Source: Thraustochytrium aureum
Taxonomy: Eukaryota
Direction: 5' to 3'
Length of the DNA stretch: 64,000 nucleotides
Assembly: GCA_012862495.1 (NCBI GenBank)
Contig: BLSG01000343.1
Location: forward strand, 59,984 to 123,983
The position numbers were made by a program, and so were the translations under genes. Below are positions 36,503-47,319 of this stretch, one piece after another. Below the pieces are notes generated by a model. That model worked only from the letters and a program-made list of their open reading frames with translations. It was not told the DNA's origin and did no database searches. Position 1 is the stretch's first letter. Every line of letters begins with the position of its first letter.

Positions 36503-36804
36503 GCTACTCACTCTACGCGCCCGGAGAGAACACCAGTCTCACCAGCGAAGCGCGAGTCCTGCCCAAAGCGTCCTTCAGGGCCACCACGTCGCATGCCGTG
36601 CCATCCGTCTCCACGGATCACGCACGGAGAGCGACGTGGCTGGCCGTGCTGGCGGTCCTGGGTCCTGTCAGGAATTCAAAAAACAACCGAAGGCCAAAAG
36701 GAGCGCGCGAGCGAGCAGAGCCGCAATCGGCGCTGCAGCGGTCCAGCGCGCCGGCCTGCCTGCCTGCTGCGTGCGTGCGTGCGTGCGTGCGTGCGACGCC
36801 AGCG

Positions 36805-39374
36805 ATGGCGCACGTTGGACGCTCGCTGGGCGCGGGCGGGGCTGGGGCGAGCGATGCGCCTCGCGGCGATCTGCTCGGCGGCGCAGGTTCCGGGGATGCC
36901 CAGGTGAAATGGTCTGGGCTGGTGGCAGCGACGCGCTGCAGCCTGGACAAGTGGGCGAAGGCGGCCGAGACTGCGCGAGAGGGCGGCGACGGAGGCGTGG
37001 AGCGAGTCGCGGAGGAGCTCAAGGGGAACTTGGGGCTCGTTGACACGGCGATCGAGGGGATGAAGAACTGCGCCGCGGGTGAACCGCAACTGCTTGCCAG
37101 GGCCTGCCTGGACTTGGCCGAGTTGAACAGCATGCTGCTGCAGCTTCGAGTGGACAATTTTGAGGTGGACACAAGGTCCTGGACGCACGTTGTGGACCTG
37201 TGCACGGCCCACCACAAGCTCGTCGGCTCGGAGCTGGAGCTCGACGCGATGGTCGGCGTCGCCATGGCCGCGGTCGAGGACGGCATCATGACCCTCCAAA
37301 TCGCGCTGCACGCGCCGCCTAGCAGCCCACCGTCCGCGCTTCCGAAGCAGCGCTCGCTTCTGACGTCGGCCAAGTTTATCCGAAACAACGTCGGCAGGGT
37401 GGGCTTGCTTTTGCGAATCGCGCGCCGCGTGCGGGCCAAGGCGTGGCGCGAGGCCCTTGCGAGCGCCGCGCCAGCGAGCGCTCTTGAGGAGGCAGCGGTC
37501 TCCCCAGAGGGGCGTCTTGCGTGCCGTGTCGCCCTTGCGCTTGAGGGCCTAGCGCGGTGCTGTCAGCAGGCCACGGAGCGGTCCCGGTTCCCCGGCTTCC
37601 CGCCTGTCCTGCCCAAGCTTCGAGCGAGCGTGGCCAAGCTTGCCGATGCAGTTGCCCATCCTGCTCCAGCGGGAAGCTTGATCGCCGCGACTGTAGTGAA
37701 CGAGCTGTGCCGCACCGCGCACATCAACCTCGCGGCGTTGACATGGGCGCGAATCGGGGCAGCAGTTGGCGAGTCGCCCCTTCTCGGCGGCGAGGGAGAC
37801 CCCGCAGGGTACACTTGCGTCGTGGACGCTTTTGCCGCCTTCTCAACGCGGTGAGCTCGAGTAGGGACATGTCAGTCTACGCGGAGAGCGACACGGAGAA
37901 CATAATCGACAACGCCGCGGCTGGGTACGTGGGGCTTTGGAAGGGGGGCGCGCCCGAAGCCGGCCTTCCCGCTTGGCCCAGGGCGGAGAATGAGCTAGTG
38001 GACATGTTGGCGGCTGGCCCGCCGCACGCGAGGGAGTGGGCGGCGGCTGTCGTTGCCAGAGTCGTTCAACTGGCTGCCAACTCGGAGGCGGGCGGCCAAG
38101 TGCCCGCGCGACGGCTCTTGGCCGCGGCGGCAAGGCGTGCTGCAGTCACCGCACAGGGNNNNNNNNNNNNNNNNNNNNNNNNNNNNNNNNNNNNNNNNNN
38201 NNNNNNNNNNNNNNNNNNNNNNNNNNNNNNNNNNNNNNNNNNNNNNNNNNNNNNNNNNNNNNNNNNNNNNNNNNNNNNNNNNNNNNNNNNNNNNNNNNNN
38301 NNNNNNNNNNNNNNNNNNNNNNNNNNNNNNNNNNNNNNNNNNNNNNNNNNNNNNNNNNNNNNNNNNNNNNNNNNNNNNNNNNNNNNNNNNNNNNNNNNNN
38401 CACAGGTGGACACGTCGCTGCACGTATTGAGCGATGGTGGTGCGGGGACGGGGGAACGCGTCCTTGCATTGCACTCGTTGATGTGGGCTGTTGATGCCGC
38501 GCTTGCGCTAGGCGGGCCAGGCTCTGGGCCGTTCTTGGCTGCCACTGCGTGTCGCGCGTTGCGAGTAGTCGCTGACTCTGCCCGGCGTGCGAGTGGATCT
38601 CCCGCCCAGCTCTGTGGGGCCCTGGACGAAGCCGTGCTTGACCTCTGCGCGCTTGCCCTTGGCCAGCATGTTGGCGCCGCACTTGAGACCGAGCACGTGA
38701 TTCTAGTGGCTGGCTCCGTCAGGGCCTTGGTGGCAAGGCAGGGCCAAGCAGCTTGTGGCAGGGCCTGCCCCTTGCTGGCTAGCTTTGCTGGTATCCCGGC
38801 GCGCTCCGCGGCCGCCGCGGACGCCGTGCATGCCATCCGAGCGCTAGCAGGCGATATGTTTGTCTCCGCGCGCGGGGACGTGGTGGCGGAAGCTCTTGTG
38901 CGCGAGGCTTTTGGTTATCTCGTGAGCCACTTTCCGGTCAAGTCGCAAGGTGTGGTAGGCTCGCTTCTTGCTGATGAGGCCCGCCCAGATTTCGTACGCC
39001 ACCTGCAGCGCAAAAAGCAGGCCGCGACTCAGGCGTCGGACGTCGTGCTCAATAGAGAGCTTGACGTCCCGTGGCCCACTGGCAAGAAGCGCTTGCGGGC
39101 GCCGTTGGCAGCGCTCGCCGTCAGCGTTGTCGACACGGTCAGGGAGCATTGCATCAAGCGGGCCAAGCTCAGCGAATGCCCAAGAGCAGGCTCGGATGCG
39201 CACCGAGTTCGGGGGGCGTTGGAGCGCATGCGTCGCGCCTGGGGCGAGCTGCGCCCAATGATGCGCAAGCGCGCCGACCCCGCGAGCCCCGAGTTGGACG
39301 GGCTTGCCGAGCTCCAAAAGGGTATTTTGCTGCTCGCGCGCGAGATGGAAAGCGAGATTGCCGATCTGGCATAA
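36805..39374 (+). CDS. Helical hypothetical protein, possibly FIRRM/C1orf112-like (frameshift near 37850; internal gap)
   Basis: Long Ala/Leu-rich ORFs 36598..37854 and 37557..39374, ATG at 36805. The segments 'DTRSWTHVVDLCTAHHKLVGSELE' and 'ALVREAFGYLV' loosely recall C1orf112 from memory. The coding call is solid; the family call is weak. Confidence 0.45.
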
Positions 39375-39512
39375 TTTCTAGGCGGTCTATCGATGGCGCG
39401 GTGAAGGGCGTGTTGGACGAGCCGGCGGGAGCGGAGAATATTCAAGCGCCGCAACAATTTGACGCGGGCCTGTTGAGCTCGAGTCCAGTTTTCACATCCA
39501 TTTGAAAAAAAG

Positions 39513-40900
39513 TTAGTCGATGCGGAACACTGCCGCGCCAGGCCAGCCAGCCTGCACAAGGACCGCCTCCACAGCCAAGTTGAACTCGTAGGAGCCGCAA
39601 ACTAGAAACCGAATTGCCGGTGTTTTGGAGCTCTCGGCGGCGGGCTCGACTGCGTACACCCCGTCCAGGTGGGCAGCGACGACACCCGCGTCAACGGGCC
39701 AGTGCGGCCTTGCCACGCGCTCGGGTCGATCGGCTTGCTGAGCACATGAGAGACCCTTGCAAGGAGAGCCGCATCGCCAGACGCAGCACTTTCCAGCTCC
39801 TGCATGAACGCGGCATCCTCCTCAGTCCTGTTTGCGACCAAGAGGGACAGCGACGGGGCATTTCTAGCGAGGCTTCCCGCGGCGCGCTCCCTCGCAACAA
39901 AGTCAACGACCTGCAGCATCGGCATAACTCCTGTGCCAGCTGCTATCATGCAAACATGATCCACACTCGATCCTTGAGCCTTGCGAAACGCAGCTGCCCC
40001 GAAAATCTCGACCCGAAGCGAGCTGTCGGCCAGCGCAAGGCCCCAGGCCGAGCGCTGCACAAGCATCTCCAAATGCAACCCTGGCTCGGCCGTGGCCAGC
40101 AGCACGCTCATCTGGCCATCCTTGTAAGCCTTGACGAGGAGGTCGACGCGACCGTCCCCGCGCGGACCGAGCAGCGCCTCAATACTCTTGTCAAGGACGC
40201 CTTGGCCTGGTGCCCCCGCGAGGAATGGCGTAAACGGCCGTTCCACGACGATCTTATCCAACTTTCGACGCAGCTTTACTATTGTTCCCGGAACCTGCAA
40301 GAGGTTGCGCTGCTCTTCGGAGAGAGAATCGCTTTCGACGCGAACGAGGGCGCAGTGGCGGCAGCCAGGCACTGGAGCGCTCGCAGCAAGCTCGCACGGT
40401 ACCCAGCCGTCCGCGCTTCGCACGTTGCTGGCCGTCGTTTTCTTCGTTGGTCTCAAGCCCATGCGGGCCAAGATGCCGCCAGGCTTTGCTGCTGCGGCGC
40501 TGCCTCCCGCGGCGCTGGCCGCGACGGCGGCGCCGGCGTCGCTGCCGTCGTCCTGAACGATCCAGCCGACGATGCACTTGTCCAGCATACCAATGCTCAC
40601 CCACGGGTGAACCTCGTCGAACAAGGTCGTGCCGTCATCACCGACAGCACGGGCCAGCTCCGCGAGGCCGCCCGGGTGATAGGGCCCGTACTTGGTCACG
40701 TTATAGACCTTGCCGTGAATTACCATCCAGGCGTCCATGGCGAGGTTGTTGTGCTCGCGGACCTCGGCGAGCGTCATCGCCCTGGGGCCGCCTTCTGCGC
40801 CGAGCTGTTTGGACATTTGCGTGAGCTTCATCCAGTCCATCTGACTAAACCCCGGCCCGAGCTTGACCTTGCGCCTCCCGCGCGCCGGCGCGAGCTCCAT
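39513..40900 (-). CDS. Cytochrome b5 / NADH-cytochrome b5 reductase fusion (CYB5R4/NCB5OR-like)
   Basis: 'RRKVKLGPGFSQMDWMKL', heme-ligand motifs 'YHPGG' and 'VHPWV', FAD motif 'RPFTP' with 'LLVKAYKDGQMS', NAD motif 'MIAAGTGVMPMLQ'. The C-terminal 'FLVCGSYEFN' is in ORF 39513..39716 after a frameshift. Confidence 0.9.
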
Positions 40901-43165
40901 CGTACTGTTCGGGGCCTACGACCGTGCCGCAAGTACTCCGAATGGCCGCGAACTGCTGCGAGGTGCCCGCGGTGTCGTTGCCTCGCAGGACTGCTGCGCA
41001 AGGCGATCGCCACGGCGCGTTTGCGGTGGTCGAGGGCAAGTGTTGCGCTGCCTTTGCTGCTGTCGAGGACAAGTCTTGCAGCGCGCTTAGCGCGCTTCTC
41101 GTCGTCGGGCTTGTGCACGAGATGCCGCGGCGCTGTCAATCAGAGCAAGTCGCCACTCCGTTGCGCGTGCTGAGGGTCGCCGAGGAGAGCCAACACGGCG
41201 TCGGATGAACTTGCAAGTGAGTGAGTGATACGTTGATGCGGTTGCGTTGATGAACGTGATTGACGAGCGCTTTGCGAGCGGCGAGAGCAGTCGAGACGGC
41301 CTCCGCTCACGTTCCGCGGAGGAGTAGGCTGCACCGTCTCAGTACGTAGGTACCGAAATAGAGGCCTACGCTACGCACTTGCTTTGCTCTGCGCGACGGC
41401 TTCCGATTTTCCTGTGGCAGCCCTGAATGAAGCGTTGGATGGCCCCGATGGCTTGCACGCACGATGCGCGCGCGCGCGTTGCCGCGAAGGAGCCGCTGTG
41501 CGCCTGTAGCGCCAATCATCGACTCACGTGTCAATTCGAATCAATTCGGCGCGCGTTTCGGTTGGTGGTGCCAAGCGTGGACGTGCTGAACTCGGGGATG
41601 TCGCGCACCGCCACATCATGGTCAGGTCTGCACGCCGCCGCCGTGGTTGCAAGTGGCTGTTTCTTGAAGTACGCGTTGGGTGATGGACGCCGGCGGCTGA
41701 AGGACCCGTTCGTCAGACGAGACGGGTGGCACCTCGACCACTCTACTCTCTGAAGGACTTGCTGGCTTTCGTGCTGCTGTGCTCTCTCGAGCGCCGTGCA
41801 TTCATCGTCTGGTCTGTTGATAGCGCGCAGCCTGCCTGTGTCTAAAGATTCGGATGCTGGCTGCTGAGGGATGAAAGGCTCGAAGAGCTCCCGGGCTGAC
41901 GCCAACGAGAGCTGAACGGCTTGGAAACCGACCCGGCTTCTGCTCAGACGCAACGCAGACGGGCCATGGTCCCGTTTCATGGAGGTGTTTGTCGGCAGGC
42001 CAGCCTGCCGCCTCGTCCAGGTTCGCTGTCGAGAAGGCGCTGAATAACAGCGCGAGGTGGCATCCCGCTGGATCCTCGTCGCGCTGTGCATCTGGAGCAG
42101 CGGCCATGCTCCTGCACTGTTTGCTGAACGCCTGGCCGCTAGCCGCACGCTTTCCTGACCACTCGAACGGAGCGCNNNNNNNNNNNNNNNNNNNNNNNNN
42201 NNNNNNNNNNNNNNNNNNNNNNNNNNNNNNNNNNNNNNNNNNNNNNNNNNNNNNNNNNNNNNNNNNNNNNNNNNNNNNNNNNNNNNNNNNNNNNNNNNNN
42301 NNNNNNNNNNNNNNNNNNNNNNNNNNNNNNNNNNNNNNNNNNNNNNNNNNNNNNNNNNNNNNNNNNNNNNNNNNNNNNNNNNNNNNNNNNNNNNNNNNNN
42401 NNNNNNNNNNNNNNNNNNNNNNNNNNNNNNNNNNNNNNNNNNNNNNNNNNNNNNNNNNNNNNNNNNNNNNNNNNNNNNNNNNNNNNNNNNNNNNNNNNNN
42501 NNNNNNNNNNNNNNNNNNNNNNNNNNNNNNNNNNNNNNNNNNNNNNNNNNNNNNNNNNNNNNNNNNNNNNNNNNNNNNNNNNNNNNNNNNNNNNNNNNNN
42601 NNNNNNNNNNNNNNNNNNNNNNNNNNNNNNNNNNNNNNNNNNNNNNNNNNNNNNNNNNNNNNNNNNNNNNNNNNNNNNNNNNNNNNNNNNNNNNNNNNNN
42701 NNNNNNNNNNNNNNNNNNNNNNNNNNNNNNNNNNNNNNNNNNNNNNNNNNNNNNNNNNNNNNNNNNNNNNNNNNNNNNNNNNNNNNNNNNNNNNNNNNNN
42801 NNNNNNNNNNNNNNNNNNNNNNNNNNNNNNNNNNNNNNNNNNNNNNNNNNNNNNNNNNNNNNNNNNNNNNNNNNNNNNNNNNNNNNNNNNNNNNNNNNNN
42901 NNNNNNNNNNNNNNNNNNNNNNNNNNNNNNNNNNNNNNNNNNNNNNNNNNNNNNNNNNNNNNNNNNNNNNNNNNNNNNNNNNNNNNNNNNNNNNNNNNNN
43001 NNNNNNNNNNNNNNNNNNNNNNNNNNNNNNNNNNNNNNNNNNNNNNNNNNNNNNNNNNNNNNNNNNNNNNNNNNNNNNNNNNNNNNNNNNNNNNNNNNNN
43101 NNNNNNNNNNNNNNNNNNNNNNNNNNNNNNNNNNNNNNNNNNNNNNNNNNNNNNNNNNNNNNNNN

Positions 43166-44197
43166 CGAGCTGGCTGTCAAGGATAGCGCCACGGTGATCT
43201 GTGTACGGCGGAGGCCGCCGGGGTGTCGGGGCGAGCGCCCACGGTAGGGTTTGCTGAGCAGTTCAAGCGCAAGTTTGGCAAGGCCGCCGTGGAAGCGCAG
43301 CCCTTCCTGCGGGGCTACTTGGGCGGAGAGGAGTTTTTCCAGTTCGAGTCCGACTGGGAGGTGCTCCTCGGGCAGAGCGAAGTGATCAACTGGCTACGCA
43401 GCACGCCCGATCACATGGTCACGATGCGGTACCCCGGCGAGTTCAAGCTGGCCGGCGGCAACGTGGACGGCGGCGAGTCCCTGGAGCACGCGGCGAAGCG
43501 CGAGCTTGAGGAAGAGTTCCTTCGACCGGCAGAGACTCAAGTTCCGCGAGAGAGCATCATCCTGCGACCCTTCTCGGTCAAGCAGACGCGCCCGATCCGC
43601 TCCAGGTCCAACCTGATGTACAACTATGTGGCAGTGGCGGAGGAGAACCCCTGGCTCAACAACTTGGACATTGATGAGATCAACTCGGCTCTGGCCGCGC
43701 GACGTGCCGAGTTCACTGCATTCCTCAAGCTGCCGGACTGTCCTTACTTTGCCTACCCGCGCGTGCAGAAGGAGGCAATGAGCCCGGAGGTGTACCAGCT
43801 GCGGTGGGTGCCGCTGCAGGAAGCTGTCGAGCACTGCCTCACCAGTGTGCTGCCGGACGTCTATGTCAACGAGTGGCAGCGCGAAGAGTTCTTCCGGGTG
43901 GCTCGCACTCGCCGCGACCCCCTAATTATGACTGGGGCAACGCTCATTGAGCTCGAGATGTTCGCCGACCTTGAGGCCCTCACCCGGTATTGCGACAACG
44001 TCAGCTTTGAAGAGCTCCGTGCCGAAGAGCAGTGGCTTTTCCCAGGCATGACGAACGACGAGGTGGTGGACACGTTTCGCCGCCGCCTTGGACCTGAAAA
44101 GCGTGCCAACCCAAGCTTCCGCCCGCTCAAGAACATTGCCGAGCGTCGGGCGAGGAACCGGACCGCCGCAGCTCCAGCGCGGGCTGGAAAGCTTTAG
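43166..44197 (+). CDS. Nudix hydrolase (5' end probably in gap)
   Basis: Nudix box 'GGNVDGGESLEHAAKRELEEE' in the 324-aa ORF 43223..44197. Confidence 0.88.
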
Positions 44198-44379
44198 TTC
44201 GGTCGAAGAGCGAGCCGCGCACCGTCTTTGCCCAAGACAGACAGCCAAGTTGTTGATTGACTTTTTTAAAAATGCGATGGGGAAGTGGGGAAGTTTGGAT
44301 GCACACAAAGACGAACGCAGCGCTCTCTCTCTCCCTTCTCTCCATATCGATCTGAAAGGGTGCCTCAGGCCAACCGACT

Positions 44380-46528
44380 TCAGAGCCAAACGCGCACGTG
44401 GAGCATACTCGACTGTGTGCTGCTGCTCAACAGCAGGATCCCCTCGTCGCAGCGCCGCCCCTCCGAAGTGCGGTCCATTGGGGGAACTACACGCAGCGGG
44501 ATTCGCCACGGCGACGTCTGCGTTTTCGAGTTGACAATTGGGAGCGCTATCCGCGGGCTGGCCCGCCCTTGCGTGTCCCGCTCGCCCTCTTTGGGGTCCT
44601 TGCGAGCGGTTACAAACTCGAAACGCAAGAAAGACCGAACCTGAATGAGGTCTGTCTCAAAGTCTGGCGGCGCGTCCGGGGGCACGGTGAGGATGATCGT
44701 CTTTGTGGCGTTGAAGGCTACCTGGGCCGTGCGAGACAGCACGACCCGCGTCCACGGCCCAACCCCAAACGACTGCGGGTCTTCAGCCTTGGCCGACAAA
44801 CCTCGGGCCCGCCCGCCTTTCTCGAGAGCCGTGAGCGGGTCCAGGGCTGCCGCCAAGGGGTGGCGGGCACTTGCTTCGCTCCTCTATCTCGAGCGCGACA
44901 GTGACCTGAAAGCAGGGCACAACAGCGTCAGAGAAGTCGAAGAACAAAAGCAGCTGCTCCCCTGGCGAAACAGTGTCCCTGTACATGTGCAGGTGGGCCA
45001 TGTGCCGCGACTCGCTTCCGATACGGAAGACCTTTTCCCCGATCATGCGCTTCGGTGAGACCGGGCCGGAACTACGCGACATTCGCGCGGCTTCCGAGGC
45101 GCTGCCCACGCTGTCGGCCTCCGCCGCATAACCAGACGTGGCCCTGGCTGCGCTGCGGTGTTCGACGCGCTCCCGCGCCACCAACCCGGTGCTGTCAAAA
45201 TCTACCATTCGAAAGGCGCTGTCGGTCGGGTTTACAAGAAGNNNNNNNNNNNNNNNNNNNNNNNNNNNNNNNNNNNNNNNNNNNNNNNNNNNNNNNNNNN
45301 NNNNNNNNNNNNNNNNNNNNNNNNNNNNNNNNNNNNNNNNNNNNNNNNNNNNNNNNNNNNNNNNNNNNNNNNNNNNNNNNNNNNNNNNNNNNNNNNNNNN
45401 NNNNNNNNNNNNNNNNNNNNNNNNNNNNNNNNNNNNNNNNNNNNNNNNNNNNNNNNNNNNNNNNNNNNNNNNNNNNNNNNNNNNNNNNNNNNNNNNNNNN
45501 NNNNNNNNNNNNNNNNNNNNCCAGCTCCGGACCTCAAAGTCGTGCTCCTCCAGCAGGAAGGACGAGAAAGAGTGCAGCCGCGCCTCGCGGCCATTGCGAG
45601 GGCTCTGAACCCATCCTGGCGCGGCGGAGGCATCGTCATCCGGTGTCCCGATGGTCGAGCACACGCGGATAGGGAGGTGCATAACGTGGGCCTTCTCGCT
45701 GTGGCCCAGCTTCCCCCCCACGGTGAGGACGTAAAAGTATCTTGCCGCAGACCCCTTGTACGAAGGCGGAATCGACTCTGGCAGGCGGGCTTCGAACGCA
45801 AAAGCCACCTCTGTCCCGGGCTTGCCCTGCAGCGCACAGGCCACCACCTCCGGCGGGCTTGCAAAAAGGCAGTTTCCGTACTTGCCCGCGAGTAGCGTGA
45901 CGTCGGGCATGCTGTGGCTCGAGAACGAGGTCGCCTCTGAGAGGAAGTCCTGCGACTCGTCATAAGCATCCAAGCTAGCAAGGTTGACCTCGCTGAAACT
46001 TGAGGAGCGATTCTGATCGCGGAGGCCGGTTTTGCCAACCTGGATGCTGCTCTTCGACCTGCGCAAAACGTTCATGCTGGCCTCCGCGCGGTGAAGTATC
46101 CCGGATTCGTGCGCCTGCCGTAGCCGCTTGGCGCGGTCGTCCGGATCAAATCCGGCTTCTGCCTCCTCCGCGACGTCGACGGCGTCGCGTGGGGAGACCA
46201 AATGGGGGTCGAAGGCTACGTGCCCGTGCACCTGGACGGTTGCCCACTCAAGCATCATCGGCTTGCCGCGCGGGCGGGTCCCATTTCCAATCTCTTGGTT
46301 TGGCGCGCCTCCGTTCTGCCCCGCGTGTCTCGGCCCTCTCCGCGCCGCGTCCCGGCCTTCGCCGCGTTCGCCAGTCGCAGAGCCGCCAGCTTCGGGAAAG
46401 TAAAAGTAAATCCTACAGCGCACAACGTCGCCCGCAAAGTACGACTTTTGCGACAACACCACGTCCAGCCCGACCTGTTTCCCCGCGCCGCCGGCCTTGC
46501 CCCCAGCGCCTCCCGCTGCAAACGCCAT
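44380..46528 (-). CDS. RGP1: RGP1 (Ric1-Rgp1 Rab6/Ypt6 GEF subunit), arrestin-fold
   Basis: 'SYFAGDVVRCRI', 'LEWATVQVHGH', 'CLFASPPEVVAC', 'LPESIPPSYKGSAARYFYVLTVG'. The C-terminal 'PPDFETDLIQVRSFLRFEFVT...WRIPLRVVP' is in ORF 44380..44856 after a frameshift. Confidence 0.85.
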
Positions 46529-47120
46529 CGTCCGCGCGCCAATCCCGCCGATCTCCACGCCGTCTCAGGACCAGCCGCGCGCGTCGAGCGCGCTCGCGCG
46601 ACGCCAGAACACGAGCAGGACCTGTGGCGCCGCAACGAAGCAGGAGCAACAACCACGACAAAAACAACTACAAATGCCGCCCAAACGCGGCGCAGGCAGC
46701 CCGCCGCAGGCCGCAAGGCCACAGGCAGACTGGCAGACAAGACTGGCAGGCTGGCTCACTGACTCGCTGACTGACGCACTCTCCTTGCGCTGCCGAGCGC
46801 CGCGCGCCGCACGCAGCCAAACGCGCTCTGCCGCGTCGTGTTTTCGGCCCAACACTGCGGCTTTCACAGAAACGCAGCGTGTGCGCTACCGAGCCGCGCT
46901 CACGTCACATGGGGGCTCGAATGACGGGGTTGGAGCACGGCGTAACGGATCTTGGCGCATGCGGCGGGCGCCGGGATGAGTTGACGATGAGGATGTGGAT
47001 GGACGCGGCCAGAGTCGGCGTGGCTGCGTGGAGCGCGGTTGGAAGAGGACGTGGCTGTTTGTTGTGAACGTGGACGGGGCTACGGTGAGGCTCTGTGTCC
47101 ACGTCTACTCGAGCAGGTTA

Positions 47121-47284
47121 CGTCAAGGCGTCGTGGCTGCGTCTATTCGTGGCTGCGTCTATTCGCTGTGGCTGCGTCTATTCGCTGTGGCAGCGTCAAG
47201 GCCTCGTGGCAGCGTCCGGTTGTCGTGGCTGCGTCAAGGCGTCGTGGCTGCGTCAAGGCCCGCGTCTATTCGCTGTGGCAGCGC
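47121..47284. repeat. Irregular minisatellite with core GTGGC(T/A)GCGTC
   Basis: About 8 copies of gtggctgcgtc/gtggcagcgtc, followed by alternating tails tattcgct and aaggcgtc. Confidence 0.8.
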
Positions 47285-47319
47285 CCGGGTGTCGAAGCGC
47301 GCGACCGCAGCGGCTAGGG

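Noticed and set aside
39614..41173. Long antisense ORFs (e.g. 39614..41173, 58590..60056, 2740..3639)
   Set aside because: Shadow ORFs expected opposite GC-rich coding sequence; no recognisable motifs.
41531..42175. Possible partial gene on the minus strand next to the gap
   Set aside because: Open frames exist, but I see no recognisable domain and cannot establish the frame or strand.
41989..43197. ORFs consisting mostly of X residues (also 747..2696, 13581..14738, 53246..54040)
   Set aside because: Artefacts of translating through N-gaps.
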